A stretch of DNA of 29,095 bases from contig JBBIPG010000026.1 in the NCBI GenBank assembly GCA_037442925.1, forward strand, positions 1-29,095. The letters are read 5' to 3'. The translations under genes and the position numbers were made by a program. The notes beneath the pieces are model-generated. The model saw nothing but the letters and a program-made list of their open reading frames with translations, was not told the origin of the DNA and ran no database searches. The stretch is from Candidatus Fraserbacteria bacterium (GTDB lineage Bacteria; Bipolaricaulota; Bipolaricaulia; RBG-16-55-9). Shown piece by piece: positions 9,132 through 19,391 of the stretch (position 1 is its first letter; every line of letters starts with the position of its first letter).

Positions 9132-9163
9132 GTGAGGGGAGGGAATCAAATCCCTCCCCTCAC
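9132..9163 (+). promoter_or_regulatory. Perfect 13-bp hairpin between the binding-protein and permease genes
   Basis: GTGAGGGGAGGGA-atcaaa-TCCCTCCCCTCAC immediately before ATG 9165. Confidence 0.7.
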
Positions 9164-9164
9164 T

Positions 9165-10034
9165 ATGTTCTGGAGGCTTGTGAACCGAGCTTCAATTCCT
9201 CCTTGGCAGCGTGCCGGACGTTCCGCGTTATGGCTGGGACTGCGCTTCATCCTCGCAGGTGCTGTACTCTTTGGCGCGATTGCCCTGATCTTTCGAGGCT
9301 TGGGGAGTACCTACACCTTCCATTGGAGTGAGGCACTCCGATTTCTGCCGCGCTTCAATGAGGGCCTATGGGTCACTCTAGAACTCTCCGTTCTCGGGGC
9401 ACTACTTGCCATTCTGCTCGGGATTGTAGTGGCTCTGGCACGCTTGAGCCCATGGGGACCCGTAAGAGATCTCGCAGGAGTCTACGTCCACACCTTTCGC
9501 AATCTGCCGTTTCTCGTGGTCGCGCTGCTCTTCTTCTTCGGGCTCGGACAAGCGATACGCCTACGACCGTTCGAGCTGCTCGGACAGATCTTCATGCCTC
9601 AGTTCATTTGGGGTGTACTGGCTTTAGGAGTCTATGAAGCCAGCTATTTGGGCGAGACCTTTCGAGCTGGGATACAATCCATCCATAAAGAGCAAGTCGA
9701 AGCAGCCCGCTCTTTGGGTATGCATTACTTTCAAGTGATGCGCTACGTCGTACTCCCCCAGGCATTTCGAGTCATTTTGCCGCCCATGACCAGCACACTC
9801 ATCGCGCTGGTGAAAGAATCTTCGCTGCTGTACTTGATTCAAGTGCCGGAACTGACCAACGCCGCGCGACAGTTGGCCATCCCAACGCGACGGCCGTATG
9901 TGTTCGAGTTCTACACGATTTTAGCGGGTTATTATCTGGCCATTGTCGTGCCCTTGAGCCTGCTTTCTCAATGGCTGGAAGGACGCTTGGGGGCCAGCCG
10001 GGCTCTGCGGGAGGCCGCACATCATGACGCCTGA
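9165..10034 (+). CDS. Amino-acid ABC transporter permease (HisM/GlnP family); start uncertain (9132 or 9165)
   Basis: FRNLPFLV, ETFRAGIQSI, EAARSLG, LPQAFR, LVKESSL. Confidence 0.92.
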   Translation: MFWRLVNRASIPPWQRAGRSALWLGLRFILAGAVLFGAIALIFRGLGSTYTFHWSEALRFLPRFNEGLWVTLELSVLGALLAILLGIVVALARLSPWGPVRDLAGVYVHTFRNLPFLVVALLFFFGLGQAIRLRPFELLGQIFMPQFIWGVLALGVYEASYLGETFRAGIQSIHKEQVEAARSLGMHYFQVMRYVVLPQAFRVILPPMTSTLIALVKESSLLYLIQVPELTNAARQLAIPTRRPYVFEFYTILAGYYLAIVVPLSLLSQWLEGRLGASRALREAAHHDA

Positions 10035-10884
10035 ACTGGACCTGGGAACCCTCAGGCCACCGCGTGAGTATCGGGTCTTCAAGCTCGTATTGCGAGTGTT
10101 GGTGGTCGCCTTGATGGTGATGGGGCTGCTCAGCTTGATGTACTGGGAGCTCTCGCAGAGCTACCCCTTCCGCTGGCGACCTGCGCTGCAACGCCTTGAT
10201 GAGTTCTATCACGGCCTGCAAGGAGATGGTGGGTTCTTGCTCACCCTCAAGATCTCGGGTGTGGCGATGATCCTGGGCACCATCTTAGGGCTCTTGGTAG
10301 CGCTGGCACGGCTGGCTCCGCTGGCACTCTTGCGGGACATGGGAACCCTCTACGTGCACTCGCTGCGCAACATTCCCTTTCTGGTCTTCATTTTGTTCAT
10401 GTACTTTGGGGTGGCGGAAGTGGTTCAGAAGGGTGCCTCTGTAAATCTCTTTGGCTGGGTCATAGAGGGGCGCTTCTTCTGGGGAGTTCTCGCGCTTTCG
10501 CTCTTCGAAGCCAGCTTCATCTCGGAGATCTTACGAGCCGGGATTCAATCCATTCATCCCACTCAGATGGAATCTGCTCGCTCGCTGGGCATGAATTACT
10601 TTCACGCGATGCGGTACGTCATCCTGCCTCAGGCCTTTCGCGTCATCATTCCGCCGCTCACGGGCGAGCTGATTGCGCTGGTGAAGGAATCGGCTCTTTT
10701 GATGGTGATCTCGCTGCCTGAGCTTACGCTGACAGCCAAGCAGCTGGGCAGCCAGACGCCCCTACAGTTTGAGTTCTACACCGTCCTTGCCGCCTATTAT
10801 TTGGCGATCACTCTGCCGCTGGCAGGCCTCTCGTATCTGCTCGAGCGCAAGCTCCACATCCCCGCAAGAGAGGATTCCCGATGA
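10024..10884 (+). CDS. Amino-acid ABC transporter permease (second)
   Basis: [31 protein letters not shown]. Confidence 0.92.
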   Translation: MTPELDLGTLRPPREYRVFKLVLRVLVVALMVMGLLSLMYWELSQSYPFRWRPALQRLDEFYHGLQGDGGFLLTLKISGVAMILGTILGLLVALARLAPLALLRDMGTLYVHSLRNIPFLVFILFMYFGVAEVVQKGASVNLFGWVIEGRFFWGVLALSLFEASFISEILRAGIQSIHPTQMESARSLGMNYFHAMRYVILPQAFRVIIPPLTGELIALVKESALLMVISLPELTLTAKQLGSQTPLQFEFYTVLAAYYLAITLPLAGLSYLLERKLHIPAREDSR

Positions 10885-11624
10885 GCTCGCACCCCATGAT
10901 CGAAGTCAAAGACGTGCACAAGTGGTTCGGTCGCCTGCACGTGCTTCGGGGTATCAATCTCACTGTTCACGAAGGCGAAGTGGTGGTGATCGCCGGAGCC
11001 AGCGGGTCTGGCAAGTCAACGCTCTTACGTTGCATCAACGGGCTGGAAAGAATCCAAAGCGGGCAAATCACGGTGGATGGCGTCTCCATTCACCACTCCA
11101 AAACGGATCTCAACAAGATCCGTCAAAGAATTGGCATCGTCTTCCAGAGCTACAATCTCTTTCCTCACATGACGGTGCTGCGCAATATCACCATCGGCCC
11201 GATGAAGGTGAAAGGCATGTTCTCCACACGCGCCAAGGAACGAGCCATGAGTCTGCTCCAGAGGATCGGCATTGCCGATAAGGCGAACGCCTACCCCGAT
11301 CAGCTCTCCGGCGGCCAGCGCCAGAGAGTCGCCATCGTGCGCGCACTGGCCATGGAGCCGAAAGTCATGCTCTTCGATGAGCCCACCAGCGCGCTCGACC
11401 CGGAGATGATCAGCGAAGTGCTCGATCTCATGCGCGAGCTAGCCAAAGAGAAGATGACGATGATCGTCGTCACGCACGAGATGGGCTTCGCGCGTGAGGT
11501 TGCCGATCGAATTGCGTTTATGGCCGACGGTCAGATCGTGGAGATCGCCTCACCTCAAGAGTTTTTTGCTCATCCCAAAGACGAGCGCACCCGCCGCTTC
11601 ATCGAAAAAGTTCTCGCTGTCTAA
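10881..11624 (+). CDS. Amino-acid ABC transporter ATP-binding protein (GlnQ family)
   Basis: [41 protein letters not shown]. Confidence 0.95.
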   Translation: MSSHPMIEVKDVHKWFGRLHVLRGINLTVHEGEVVVIAGASGSGKSTLLRCINGLERIQSGQITVDGVSIHHSKTDLNKIRQRIGIVFQSYNLFPHMTVLRNITIGPMKVKGMFSTRAKERAMSLLQRIGIADKANAYPDQLSGGQRQRVAIVRALAMEPKVMLFDEPTSALDPEMISEVLDLMRELAKEKMTMIVVTHEMGFAREVADRIAFMADGQIVEIASPQEFFAHPKDERTRRFIEKVLAV

Positions 11625-11768
11625 AGAAACTCACCCAAGAAACTTCCCACTCTGCCAGCTGTATATAGCGTGTCCTTTTGCTTTGATGGCGAACGGAAGG
11701 GAGCGGCAGAACGTGATCATCCAAAGACTGAGCCAAAAGAAGCCAACAAGAGATTCGACCTCCTTTAG

Positions 11769-11926
11769 GCATGGCCGAGGGTGCGAGGGACTCCGGAGTG
11801 ATCCAAAATCCACCGGCCAGCTGGGTTTTGCCCGTGGAATTCGCCTCCTTGTCCACGGGATTTTTCCCCAGTGGCTCTCCCACATCACGTGTTGGGAGCG
11901 GAGTCCCCAGCCGAGGCCAGTCATGC
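11769..11926 (-). ncRNA. Candidate structured RNA, four-way junction, family not recognised
   Basis: Nested inverted repeats: 11769-73/11922-26, 11786-95/11899-908, 11831-38/11852-59, 11877-82/11893-98. A G-U pair and A-rich internal loops favour the minus strand. Confidence 0.55.
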
Positions 11927-12068
11927 TCCTGGCAGTTCCCCTATCCTTGGGAGACCGCAAGGAGTAGTAAGCCCCCTCCCATCCTCACCGCTTCGGGCGG
12001 TCGCCCTAGCACAGCTAGCAGGGTCGGCCGCCCGCCCGTCTTTATGAGATTGAGATACAGTCCCTCAA

Positions 12069-12098
12069 TTGCAAATCACGCTTCCTATCGCGTACACT
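12069..12098 (+). promoter_or_regulatory. Promoter of carboxyltransferase gene (probably leaderless)
   Basis: TTGCAA-N18-TACACT, 7 nt before ATG 12106, no SD. Confidence 0.65.
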
Positions 12099-12105
12099 CC
12101 CAGCG

Positions 12106-13653
12106 ATGGCCATGCCGAACGATCCCTTGAAGAAACTCAAAGAGTCGAAAGAGCGGGCGCTCCTAGGCGGCGGTAAGGAGCGCATCGAACGTCAGCACAA
12201 AGCCGGAAAACTGACTGCCCGCGAGCGACTCGAAGTCTTGCTCGATGAGGGCAGCTTTACCGAGCTCGACATGCTCGTCACCCATCGCATCACGGATTTC
12301 CCACTGGAAAAGATCCCCGGAGATGGGGTCGTCACAGGCTACGGCACAATCCATGGACGCAAAGTCTACGTCTTCTCCCAGGATTTTACGGTCTATGGCG
12401 GCTCGCTCTCTCTCGCTCATGCCGAGAAGATCGTGAAAATTATGGATCTGGCACTCAAAGCGGGCGTGCCGGTCATCGGCCTCAACGACTCCGGAGGGGC
12501 GCGCATCCAAGAGGGAGTCGTCAGCTTAGGCGGTTATGCCGAGATCTTTCTGAGAAACACGCTGGTCTCTGGCGTCATCCCCCAAATTTCAGCCATTATG
12601 GGTCCCTGCGCGGGTGGGGCAGTCTACTCACCAGCCATCACAGACTTCTTACTGATGGTCAAAGGCACCAGCACGATGTATGTCACCGGCCCTAAAGTTG
12701 TGAAGACCGTGACCCAAGAGGACGTCAGCCACGAGGAGCTGGGAGGAGCCGAAGTGCACGCCCAGAAGAGCGGCGTGGCTCATTTCATAGAAGAGAACGA
12801 CGTGGCGTGCCTCGAGCGCATTCGAGAACTCCTCACCTATCTGCCCCAGAACAATCGCTCAGATCCTCCAACAGTCCCCACAGAAGATCCCGCAACCCGA
12901 CGATCGGAAGAACTGCGAGAGATCATCCCCGACAGCCCTACAAAACCCTATGACATGCATGAAGTCATCCGGCGCATCGTCGACGAGGGCGTCTTTCTCG
13001 AAGTCCATCGCGAGTACGCGAAGAACATCATCGTCGGCTTTGCGCGCTTAAACGGGCGCAGCGTGGGAATTGTCGCCAATCAGCCGGATGTTCTGGCGGG
13101 CGTCTTAGATATCGATGCTTCCCTCAAAGCGGCCCGCTTCGTCCGAACGTGCGATTGCTTCAACGTCCCCATCGTCACCTTGGTTGACGTACCCGGTTTC
13201 CTGCCGGGCACGAATCAAGAGTGGCGCGGGATCATCAAACACGGCGCAAAACTCCTCTATGCCTTTGCCGAGGCCACGGTGCCCAAAGTGACGATCATTG
13301 TGAGGAAGGCCTACGGCGGTGCCTATGACGTCATGAGCTCCAAGCACATCCGCGGCGATTTCAACTTCGCCTGGCCCATGGCCGAGATCGCCGTGATGGG
13401 CCCTCAAGGCGCTGTGGAGATCATTCACAGTAAAGAGATCGAGCGGGCCAAAGACCCGGAGGCCCTCGAGGCAAAGTTCATTGGTGAATATCGCACGAAG
13501 TTCGCCAATCCCTACATCGCCGCTCAGATGGGCTACATCGACGATGTGATCGATCCAGCCGACACACGCCCCGTACTGATCAAATCCCTAGAGATGCTCT
13601 CCTCCAAGCGCGATAGCAACCCCTGGCGCAAGCACGGGAATATCCCACTCTAG
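12106..13653 (+). CDS. Acyl-CoA carboxylase carboxyltransferase subunit (PccB/MmdA family)
   Basis: [47 protein letters not shown]-terminal KHGNIPL. Confidence 0.95.
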   Translation: MAMPNDPLKKLKESKERALLGGGKERIERQHKAGKLTARERLEVLLDEGSFTELDMLVTHRITDFPLEKIPGDGVVTGYGTIHGRKVYVFSQDFTVYGGSLSLAHAEKIVKIMDLALKAGVPVIGLNDSGGARIQEGVVSLGGYAEIFLRNTLVSGVIPQISAIMGPCAGGAVYSPAITDFLLMVKGTSTMYVTGPKVVKTVTQEDVSHEELGGAEVHAQKSGVAHFIEENDVACLERIRELLTYLPQNNRSDPPTVPTEDPATRRSEELREIIPDSPTKPYDMHEVIRRIVDEGVFLEVHREYAKNIIVGFARLNGRSVGIVANQPDVLAGVLDIDASLKAARFVRTCDCFNVPIVTLVDVPGFLPGTNQEWRGIIKHGAKLLYAFAEATVPKVTIIVRKAYGGAYDVMSSKHIRGDFNFAWPMAEIAVMGPQGAVEIIHSKEIERAKDPEALEAKFIGEYRTKFANPYIAAQMGYIDDVIDPADTRPVLIKSLEMLSSKRDSNPWRKHGNIPL

Positions 13654-16614
13654 TCAGCGTGTATCGATGTGCACGACATCGCCACACACGATGACCTCAT
13701 TGCCCGCTGGAATCTCGAATTCTCGAATCGTGTCGTCCGACAGCGTCACTCGCAGCAGGCTGGGCGCATCGCTCACGTTGGTGTAGACCACACAACCCTC
13801 GCGCTGAGTCCGCTCCCAATCAGTGGGTTCGACGAACTCCAGCACCACGAATTTGAGAGCGATGAGTTCCCCAGTGGTAGGTGCTCTCAAGGCGAGTGTC
13901 ACCGGGACCACCAAGGGCTCGAAGCCCTCGGCACCGAAGGTGATGCGTCCTTGCTGTGTTCCGGCAGGCAACCCCGCGATCTCTACTGTAATGCTGAGCA
14001 CTGTGCTTGCCCCGGCCTCCAGAGTCCCTTCCGTAAGATCGAGCTTAAGCCAAGGGACATCCACCGAGGCATTCCAAGTGACAGCACTGGTGCCTGCGTT
14101 CGTCAGTTGGAGTGATTGCGCTGCTGGGTTGGCTCCTCCAGCTGTGGCTTCGAAGTTCAAACTGGATGGGTCAGCCGTAAGAGGCGAAGGCTTAGGCGCT
14201 GCGGGCTCAACAGTGAGAGTGACGGGCACGTTCACGGGACTGTTCGCTGCCCCGGCAGCGGTGATCGTGATCTGGCCTGCGTAACTACCGGCTGCCAGGC
14301 CTGAGATGACCGCTGTGACTTGCAGCTCTGAAGGAGCTGTTCCTTCTGAAGTTCCCAGGCTCAGCCAAGGCGCTTCTGGGTTCACCGTCGCTTGCCAGCT
14401 CAGGGTTCCGCCGCCCGCGTTGGTGATGCGCAGCGTCTGTGCGGGCGGATCGCTCTGCCCTTCCGTGGCTTGGAAGCTCAAACTATCGGGCTCAACTTGC
14501 AAGCGCGGGGCTTGCACGACAGTGAATGTGACCGCGCCGCTCTGAGCTGTGCCTGCGGGTGTGGTGACACTGAACGTACGCGCTCCCGGGGCGGCATCGG
14601 CTGCAATGGTGATGGTAATGGGTAAGACCGTGTCTGTTCCTCCCTGTCGCATGACGGCCGTGACGCCGGAGCCGCTGAAGGTGACGGCGGTGGCTCCGCT
14701 GAGGTTCGTTCCGGAGATGGACGCTTGGAAGGTGCTTCCTTGCACACCGCTTGCGGGCTCAATCTTCGTGATGGTGGGAGCCGGTGGAGTTGGGGGTTGC
14801 CCGAGAAACAGAACTCCCGCACCGTATGAGTTGTCCTTGCCGGGTGCGCCGCTGTCTTCCGCCCGTTGCTCCAGACGCTCTTGAAGCTGCTGCGGGCTGA
14901 GGTTGGGAAAGGCTCCTTTGAAGAGAGCCGCCGCTCCGGTGACGTGAGGAGTTGCCGCTGACGTTCCAGTGAAGCCGGGGTTCTGGTTTTGCCCATCGCC
15001 TGTGTAGCGCCCAAACGCTGTTGTAGATACGTGTGTGGGCGCTGCAATATCCGGCTTGATCCGGCCATCTTTTGTGGGGCCTCGGCTGGAATAGAAGAGT
15101 AGCCTGCCGTCCGGGCACAACGTACGCGAGCACCGATTGGGAGAATGATGCACGGCCCCTACGGTCATGGCGTTAGGTGAGATGGAAGGCTCCTGGATGC
15201 TCACGCTGCCCTCCGGCACCAGATACTGGAAATCCCCTCTCACACAGATGGAACAGTCAAAGATCAACAGGTCCAGACGAGCCGCGGGAGCGCTGGGGTT
15301 ACTCTTGCGAATGACCACATTCCATCGATCTGTGGTGCCGATGAGGCTTGGGTCCCGAATAAAGACGAGCCCTCCCGCCGCTTTGATGGGAATCCCCGGC
15401 CTCCACAGCCAATCGCCCTCTAGACGAAACGAGGGTTCGCTCTCGGGGAACAGGATCAGATTGTAGTCATTGCCCGCCTCGGTGCAGTCGGCGTCCCAGC
15501 TGAAGATGAAGAAGAAGGACAGGGCGGCTACCCTCTCCCCCTCAATCGTCGCTTCGAAGAATTCAGCCTCCAAGGTAATGTTCTCATCCCCTGAGGCAAA
15601 TTCATGCTGGTTATTGAAATTGCTGTCACGCCAAGTCCCTTCCCAGTGAATGTCAGCCTCATTGCCCGCAGCCGTCACCCAAGTGATGCCCTTCTGGCGG
15701 GCCTCGGCGATCTGTGGCTCGAAGATCCCACCACCCTGACGAAAACACCCCGAAGGGAAGCCCCAGGATGTGTTGATCACATCGACCTTCTGGTCGATCA
15801 GCCAGTCTACAGACTGCCGGGCCTCGACATCGGTTTCCGAGTTGACGAGGTAAAACGTGGCTCCAGGAGCAACATCGTAGGCGACCTCCGCGACGGCCAG
15901 ACCATGAAGTTGACTTACTTCACCACACCTGCGACACTCGAGATCTCGATCCGCACGGAAGGAGCGGGTCACAACCCTCTGGCGCGGAGGGAGTTCTCGA
16001 CCGAGCAAGTTCGTATACCCGCGAAAGCCACTGTCTTCGATGGCGATTTTAATCCCCTCGCCGTTGAATCCGGCTTGATGCCACGCTTCCGTGCCAATGA
16101 CGCGTAGCCCCTCACTGGTCACGCTCCCGGACGCTTGCGCGCCAAGCAGCATGGGCTCTTGGGTGCGCTGGGGCCTAACGGGCAGTCGAAGGAAGGTCAC
16201 TTCGTCCAGATTGGCCAGCTCGTCTAAAGCTGCGAAAGGCACCATGGCCTGAACCAGCGCCTCATGGGTAAGCTCCACACGCCCACCCACCTGACTGATC
16301 TTCTGAGCGATCAGCTCCATCGCGGACTCGGAGGTCGCTTCGATGACCACTTGAATCTGGTCCTCCTCAAGTCTGATCGCGAACATCTCTGCTCCTGCCC
16401 AGCTGGATAGAGCCGATGACTGTAAGGGCTGGCCGCTACGCGCTTCCGCGATGAGACCCTCAAGCAAATACTGGATCTTGCTGCGATCCTGCTCCGTCTG
16501 CCGCGGCCAGGTGACGAACTCCTGTGCCCAAGCCCCACCGGCCCAAGCAAACAGCAGCAGAAGAACCACACTCCACAACCCCATTGATCGCTGGCATGTG
16601 CGCAGTAAAGGCAT
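13654..16614 (-). CDS. Secreted S8 (subtilisin-like) peptidase with Ig-like/IPT and two BACON-like domains plus an unassigned C-terminal domain
   Basis: Signal peptide; triad IAIEDSG, HGLAVA, GTSAATPH; AAGN; KPDIAAP; repeated ITNAGGGTLSW / LTNAGTSAVTW; SD AAGGAGG. Confidence 0.92.
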   Translation of the reverse strand: MPLLRTCQRSMGLWSVVLLLLFAWAGGAWAQEFVTWPRQTEQDRSKIQYLLEGLIAEARSGQPLQSSALSSWAGAEMFAIRLEEDQIQVVIEATSESAMELIAQKISQVGGRVELTHEALVQAMVPFAALDELANLDEVTFLRLPVRPQRTQEPMLLGAQASGSVTSEGLRVIGTEAWHQAGFNGEGIKIAIEDSGFRGYTNLLGRELPPRQRVVTRSFRADRDLECRRCGEVSQLHGLAVAEVAYDVAPGATFYLVNSETDVEARQSVDWLIDQKVDVINTSWGFPSGCFRQGGGIFEPQIAEARQKGITWVTAAGNEADIHWEGTWRDSNFNNQHEFASGDENITLEAEFFEATIEGERVAALSFFFIFSWDADCTEAGNDYNLILFPESEPSFRLEGDWLWRPGIPIKAAGGLVFIRDPSLIGTTDRWNVVIRKSNPSAPAARLDLLIFDCSICVRGDFQYLVPEGSVSIQEPSISPNAMTVGAVHHSPNRCSRTLCPDGRLLFYSSRGPTKDGRIKPDIAAPTHVSTTAFGRYTGDGQNQNPGFTGTSAATPHVTGAAALFKGAFPNLSPQQLQERLEQRAEDSGAPGKDNSYGAGVLFLGQPPTPPAPTITKIEPASGVQGSTFQASISGTNLSGATAVTFSGSGVTAVMRQGGTDTVLPITITIAADAAPGARTFSVTTPAGTAQSGAVTFTVVQAPRLQVEPDSLSFQATEGQSDPPAQTLRITNAGGGTLSWQATVNPEAPWLSLGTSEGTAPSELQVTAVISGLAAGSYAGQITITAAGAANSPVNVPVTLTVEPAAPKPSPLTADPSSLNFEATAGGANPAAQSLQLTNAGTSAVTWNASVDVPWLKLDLTEGTLEAGASTVLSITVEIAGLPAGTQQGRITFGAEGFEPLVVPVTLALRAPTTGELIALKFVVLEFVEPTDWERTQREGCVVYTNVSDAPSLLRVTLSDDTIREFEIPAGNEVIVCGDVVHIDTR

Positions 16615-16664
16615 ACTTGATATTCCTCCTTTAGAGCTTTTTGCTCGCCATACTTCATCAGAAG

Positions 16665-16716
16665 ATTATAACGGAGGAAACCTGTCCTTGACAGAAGGAG
16701 TGAATCCACTTACGAT
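16665..16716. promoter_or_regulatory. Overlapping divergent promoters
   Basis: Plus: TTGACA(16688)-N17-TACGAT. Minus: TATAAT at 16665-16670. Small palindrome CTGTC-ctt-GACAG at 16682-16694. Confidence 0.65.
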
Positions 16717-16743
16717 GCGAGCATCATCAAGGGGGGGATAGGC

Positions 16744-18615
16744 GTGAGAGGCGCCATCGTCGTCATTAGCGTGTTTGTTCTCTTTCTCAGTGTGGGAGGG
16801 AGCATGACTCCCGCCCAGGAGACGCGCAATACTTACGATTGGAATCAAGCAACCAGCGAATCCTACTGGTATTCCATCTACAACCTGCAGGCACTCTTTG
16901 CTTCCCAGATGGGCATTCCCCTGTCCATCCCGCAAGAGCTTTTCACGCGATGGGCTCAGGAAGCAGGTCTTACGGAACAAGAGAGCACACTGCTTAAGGA
17001 CACAGGGATCGCTGTGCCTTACTCTTCGGGAGACTCTACGTATACTCAGCCGGCAAGCCAGAAATGGAGCGAGGAGGAATCTGACCGAATCATCACCGCG
17101 GAAGCTATCGCGTGGTGGATCATATCTTTGTCTTCCCAAGCAAAGCAACTAGAACGCCTCCATCACATGGGCATTGCTCAGAGCGGTGAGACTCAGCTCT
17201 GGGCGATGCTCTTGGGACACGTGGCCGCCGAGGCAGCCCGGTTCGCCTATTCCAACCTCAGAACCTCAGAAGACCAACTCTACGTGCGCTCCTGGAGAGA
17301 GAATGTGGGTGTAAGCAATCCGAGCCTGCGCCCGCTCGATCAGATCTGGATGCTTTGGGCTTTGGCGGAGCTAGAGTCCCTGACAGAGGGGTTCTCGTTC
17401 TACCGCGGGACACTCTCGCATGCGCAAGTGGAGTCTTGGGCCCTAGAACTCTTCCGCGCGATCACACAGTATAGCCAGAGCCGTTCAAACTGGCTTGCCC
17501 TCAATCCCCACGATACCGGCATGTGGATCGAGGGCGTTTCTGCGTATGCCGCGGCGTTGAGCAATGGGACTGCTCTGGAAGAGGCAGTGGATCTCATCCA
17601 AAACTCCGCACAAACGTTGAAAGGGCAGATCAAGAACATAGCGGAGTCATCTGCTTCGGGTGACATCAGCCCGGTAGCGAGTTTGGCAGAAGCCATTCGA
17701 GCCTTGATCATCGCGCAGCGGATGACGGGCGACGCCTCTCTTCGCCAGGCAGCTCTGGAAGGCTGGAATTCCATGCAGTCGCTGTGGGATGACACCGCCG
17801 GAGTCTACCGGACGCAGGGAGGTCGTTCTGCGTCTCGGCAAGCTCCTTATGACTACTCGTTATGGGACATCGGAGCCATAGCAGGAGCGTATGGAGCCCT
17901 CATCTACGGAGCAGGCGTGACGGAAGCTAGGGGACAATATGCACGGTTTTTCGAGAACGCACTCAAGATCTCGCATCTCATGATCGCAGAACGGGATGAG
18001 GCAGGAGGCGATGCGGACCGTGATGCTGTTCCTGCCCCGGAGAACGCCGGTGGAGAGTTCGGCCGCGCGCCCGTCTTCGCGAGCGGTCTACAGTACGATC
18101 CCGGCGCGCGCAGCTGGTCTATAACCAGCACCCGCTTCTACACCGCCGGTGCGCTCTATCTTGCCTCACGCCTGCTTTGGATGGGACAGCGAGAGGGGCA
18201 GTGGTTTCTGGGGCCGCCGCGTTGGGGACTCCCTGAGAGCAAAGAGGCTCAGCTTGTCAGCCTTCGCAAAACTGAAGATACCATCTCCACAAAGGTTGAG
18301 GCGATTCGACAGCTCTTGAGCAACCTGGAGGGGCAATTCCGAGAGCTGCGGCAACAAGTAGCTTCCTCGACAGTCATGGCTGAGGATCTTACGAACTTCA
18401 AGGCAAGGCTGGAGACTCTAGAGCAACAGGTGAATGACGAACTTAGCAGCCTCAACAAGAAGCTAGTTGAACTGGAGAGCAAGACGGTGGCTCCTCCATC
18501 TCCCGCTCCACGCAGCAGGTTTGGTCTTCCTGAGACCCTCACGGTCGTTCTGATCTTGTTCATCCTGCTGTTGGGTTTCGTGGCCTATCAACGGGTCTTG
18601 CAACAACCGGCTTAA
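16744..18615 (+). CDS. Exported protein of unknown function with coiled-coil stalk and C-terminal membrane anchor
   Basis: N-terminal hydrophobic signal; helical aromatic-rich body; heptad region near C-terminus; TM LTVVLILFILLLGFVAY. Confidence 0.8.
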   Translation: MRGAIVVISVFVLFLSVGGSMTPAQETRNTYDWNQATSESYWYSIYNLQALFASQMGIPLSIPQELFTRWAQEAGLTEQESTLLKDTGIAVPYSSGDSTYTQPASQKWSEEESDRIITAEAIAWWIISLSSQAKQLERLHHMGIAQSGETQLWAMLLGHVAAEAARFAYSNLRTSEDQLYVRSWRENVGVSNPSLRPLDQIWMLWALAELESLTEGFSFYRGTLSHAQVESWALELFRAITQYSQSRSNWLALNPHDTGMWIEGVSAYAAALSNGTALEEAVDLIQNSAQTLKGQIKNIAESSASGDISPVASLAEAIRALIIAQRMTGDASLRQAALEGWNSMQSLWDDTAGVYRTQGGRSASRQAPYDYSLWDIGAIAGAYGALIYGAGVTEARGQYARFFENALKISHLMIAERDEAGGDADRDAVPAPENAGGEFGRAPVFASGLQYDPGARSWSITSTRFYTAGALYLASRLLWMGQREGQWFLGPPRWGLPESKEAQLVSLRKTEDTISTKVEAIRQLLSNLEGQFRELRQQVASSTVMAEDLTNFKARLETLEQQVNDELSSLNKKLVELESKTVAPPSPAPRSRFGLPETLTVVLILFILLLGFVAYQRVLQQPA

Positions 18616-19391
18616 TGGAAGCCCTGCCAGATCATATTAAATGCCGAATAGAGCAAGACGGCCCCAAAGAGCCTGCGCACGAAGATCTTGGGGACGCGAG
18701 TGGTCGTAAATGCTCCCAACTGGGCTCCAATGATGATCCCCAATGCTAGAGGCACAGCAAACTCAAGCCGGAGATTCCCCTGAAAGGCGTGTTGAATCGA
18801 GCCGATCAGAGCCGATGGCCCCATGACGAAGAGGCTCGTTGCGACGGCTCTTACGATGTCCGTGCCCAACAGGAGCGTCATCGCCGGGACCATGACAGCT
18901 CCGCCACCGATGCCGAAGAAACCGGCTGCCAGCCCAGCAATCAACCCCACTACTCCACCCCCCCCTGCTGAGAAATTCTCGCCATCGCTGTGCATCAGGC
19001 GACCTCGAAGCCAGAGGGCCACCTCTTTAGGCTCTCTCCCTAAGAGCATAATCCCAGCCACGTAGACGAGAAAGATCCCGAAAGCGATAGCCAGCCCTTT
19101 GCTGGAGATGAAACGCGTCAGATACGCCCCCAACCAAGCACCCACGGTGGCCGTGGGCATCAGCAAAAGACCCAATCGAAAATCGACGACGTGCTGGCGG
19201 GCATAACTGGCCGTGCTGGAGACGCTGTTGAAGATGATGGCGGCTAAGCTCGTACCCACGGCCACTTGTGTTGTGGGGACGTATTGAAAGATCGTCAAGA
19301 GCGGAACCATGAAGATTCCGCCCCCTACGCCAATCATGCTGGAGACCCAGCCGATGAGAATGGCCGCGCCAAAGAGCAGGAGGAAGGTCAT
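18612..19391 (-). CDS. Sulfite exporter TauE/SafE (TSUP) family permease
   Basis: Duplicated GVGGG..VP / GIGGG..VP and AVGTSL / AVATSL motifs; ATGA overlap with prfB. Confidence 0.92.
   Translation of the reverse strand: MTFLLLFGAAILIGWVSSMIGVGGGIFMVPLLTIFQYVPTTQVAVGTSLAAIIFNSVSSTASYARQHVVDFRLGLLLMPTATVGAWLGAYLTRFISSKGLAIAFGIFLVYVAGIMLLGREPKEVALWLRGRLMHSDGENFSAGGGGVVGLIAGLAAGFFGIGGGAVMVPAMTLLLGTDIVRAVATSLFVMGPSALIGSIQHAFQGNLRLEFAVPLALGIIIGAQLGAFTTTRVPKIFVRRLFGAVLLYSAFNMIWQGFH

Noticed and set aside
11860..11970. Cobalamin, ZTP or yybP-ykoY riboswitch
   Set aside because: Only isolated words match (AGCCACTG, GACTGGC, GGAGTAG/GAGACC); order and remaining conserved elements are missing.
11494..12130. 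Track ORFs across the ABC-carboxyltransferase intergenic region
   Set aside because: Mutually overlapping, no recognisable motifs or good starts; nested inverted repeats explain the region better.
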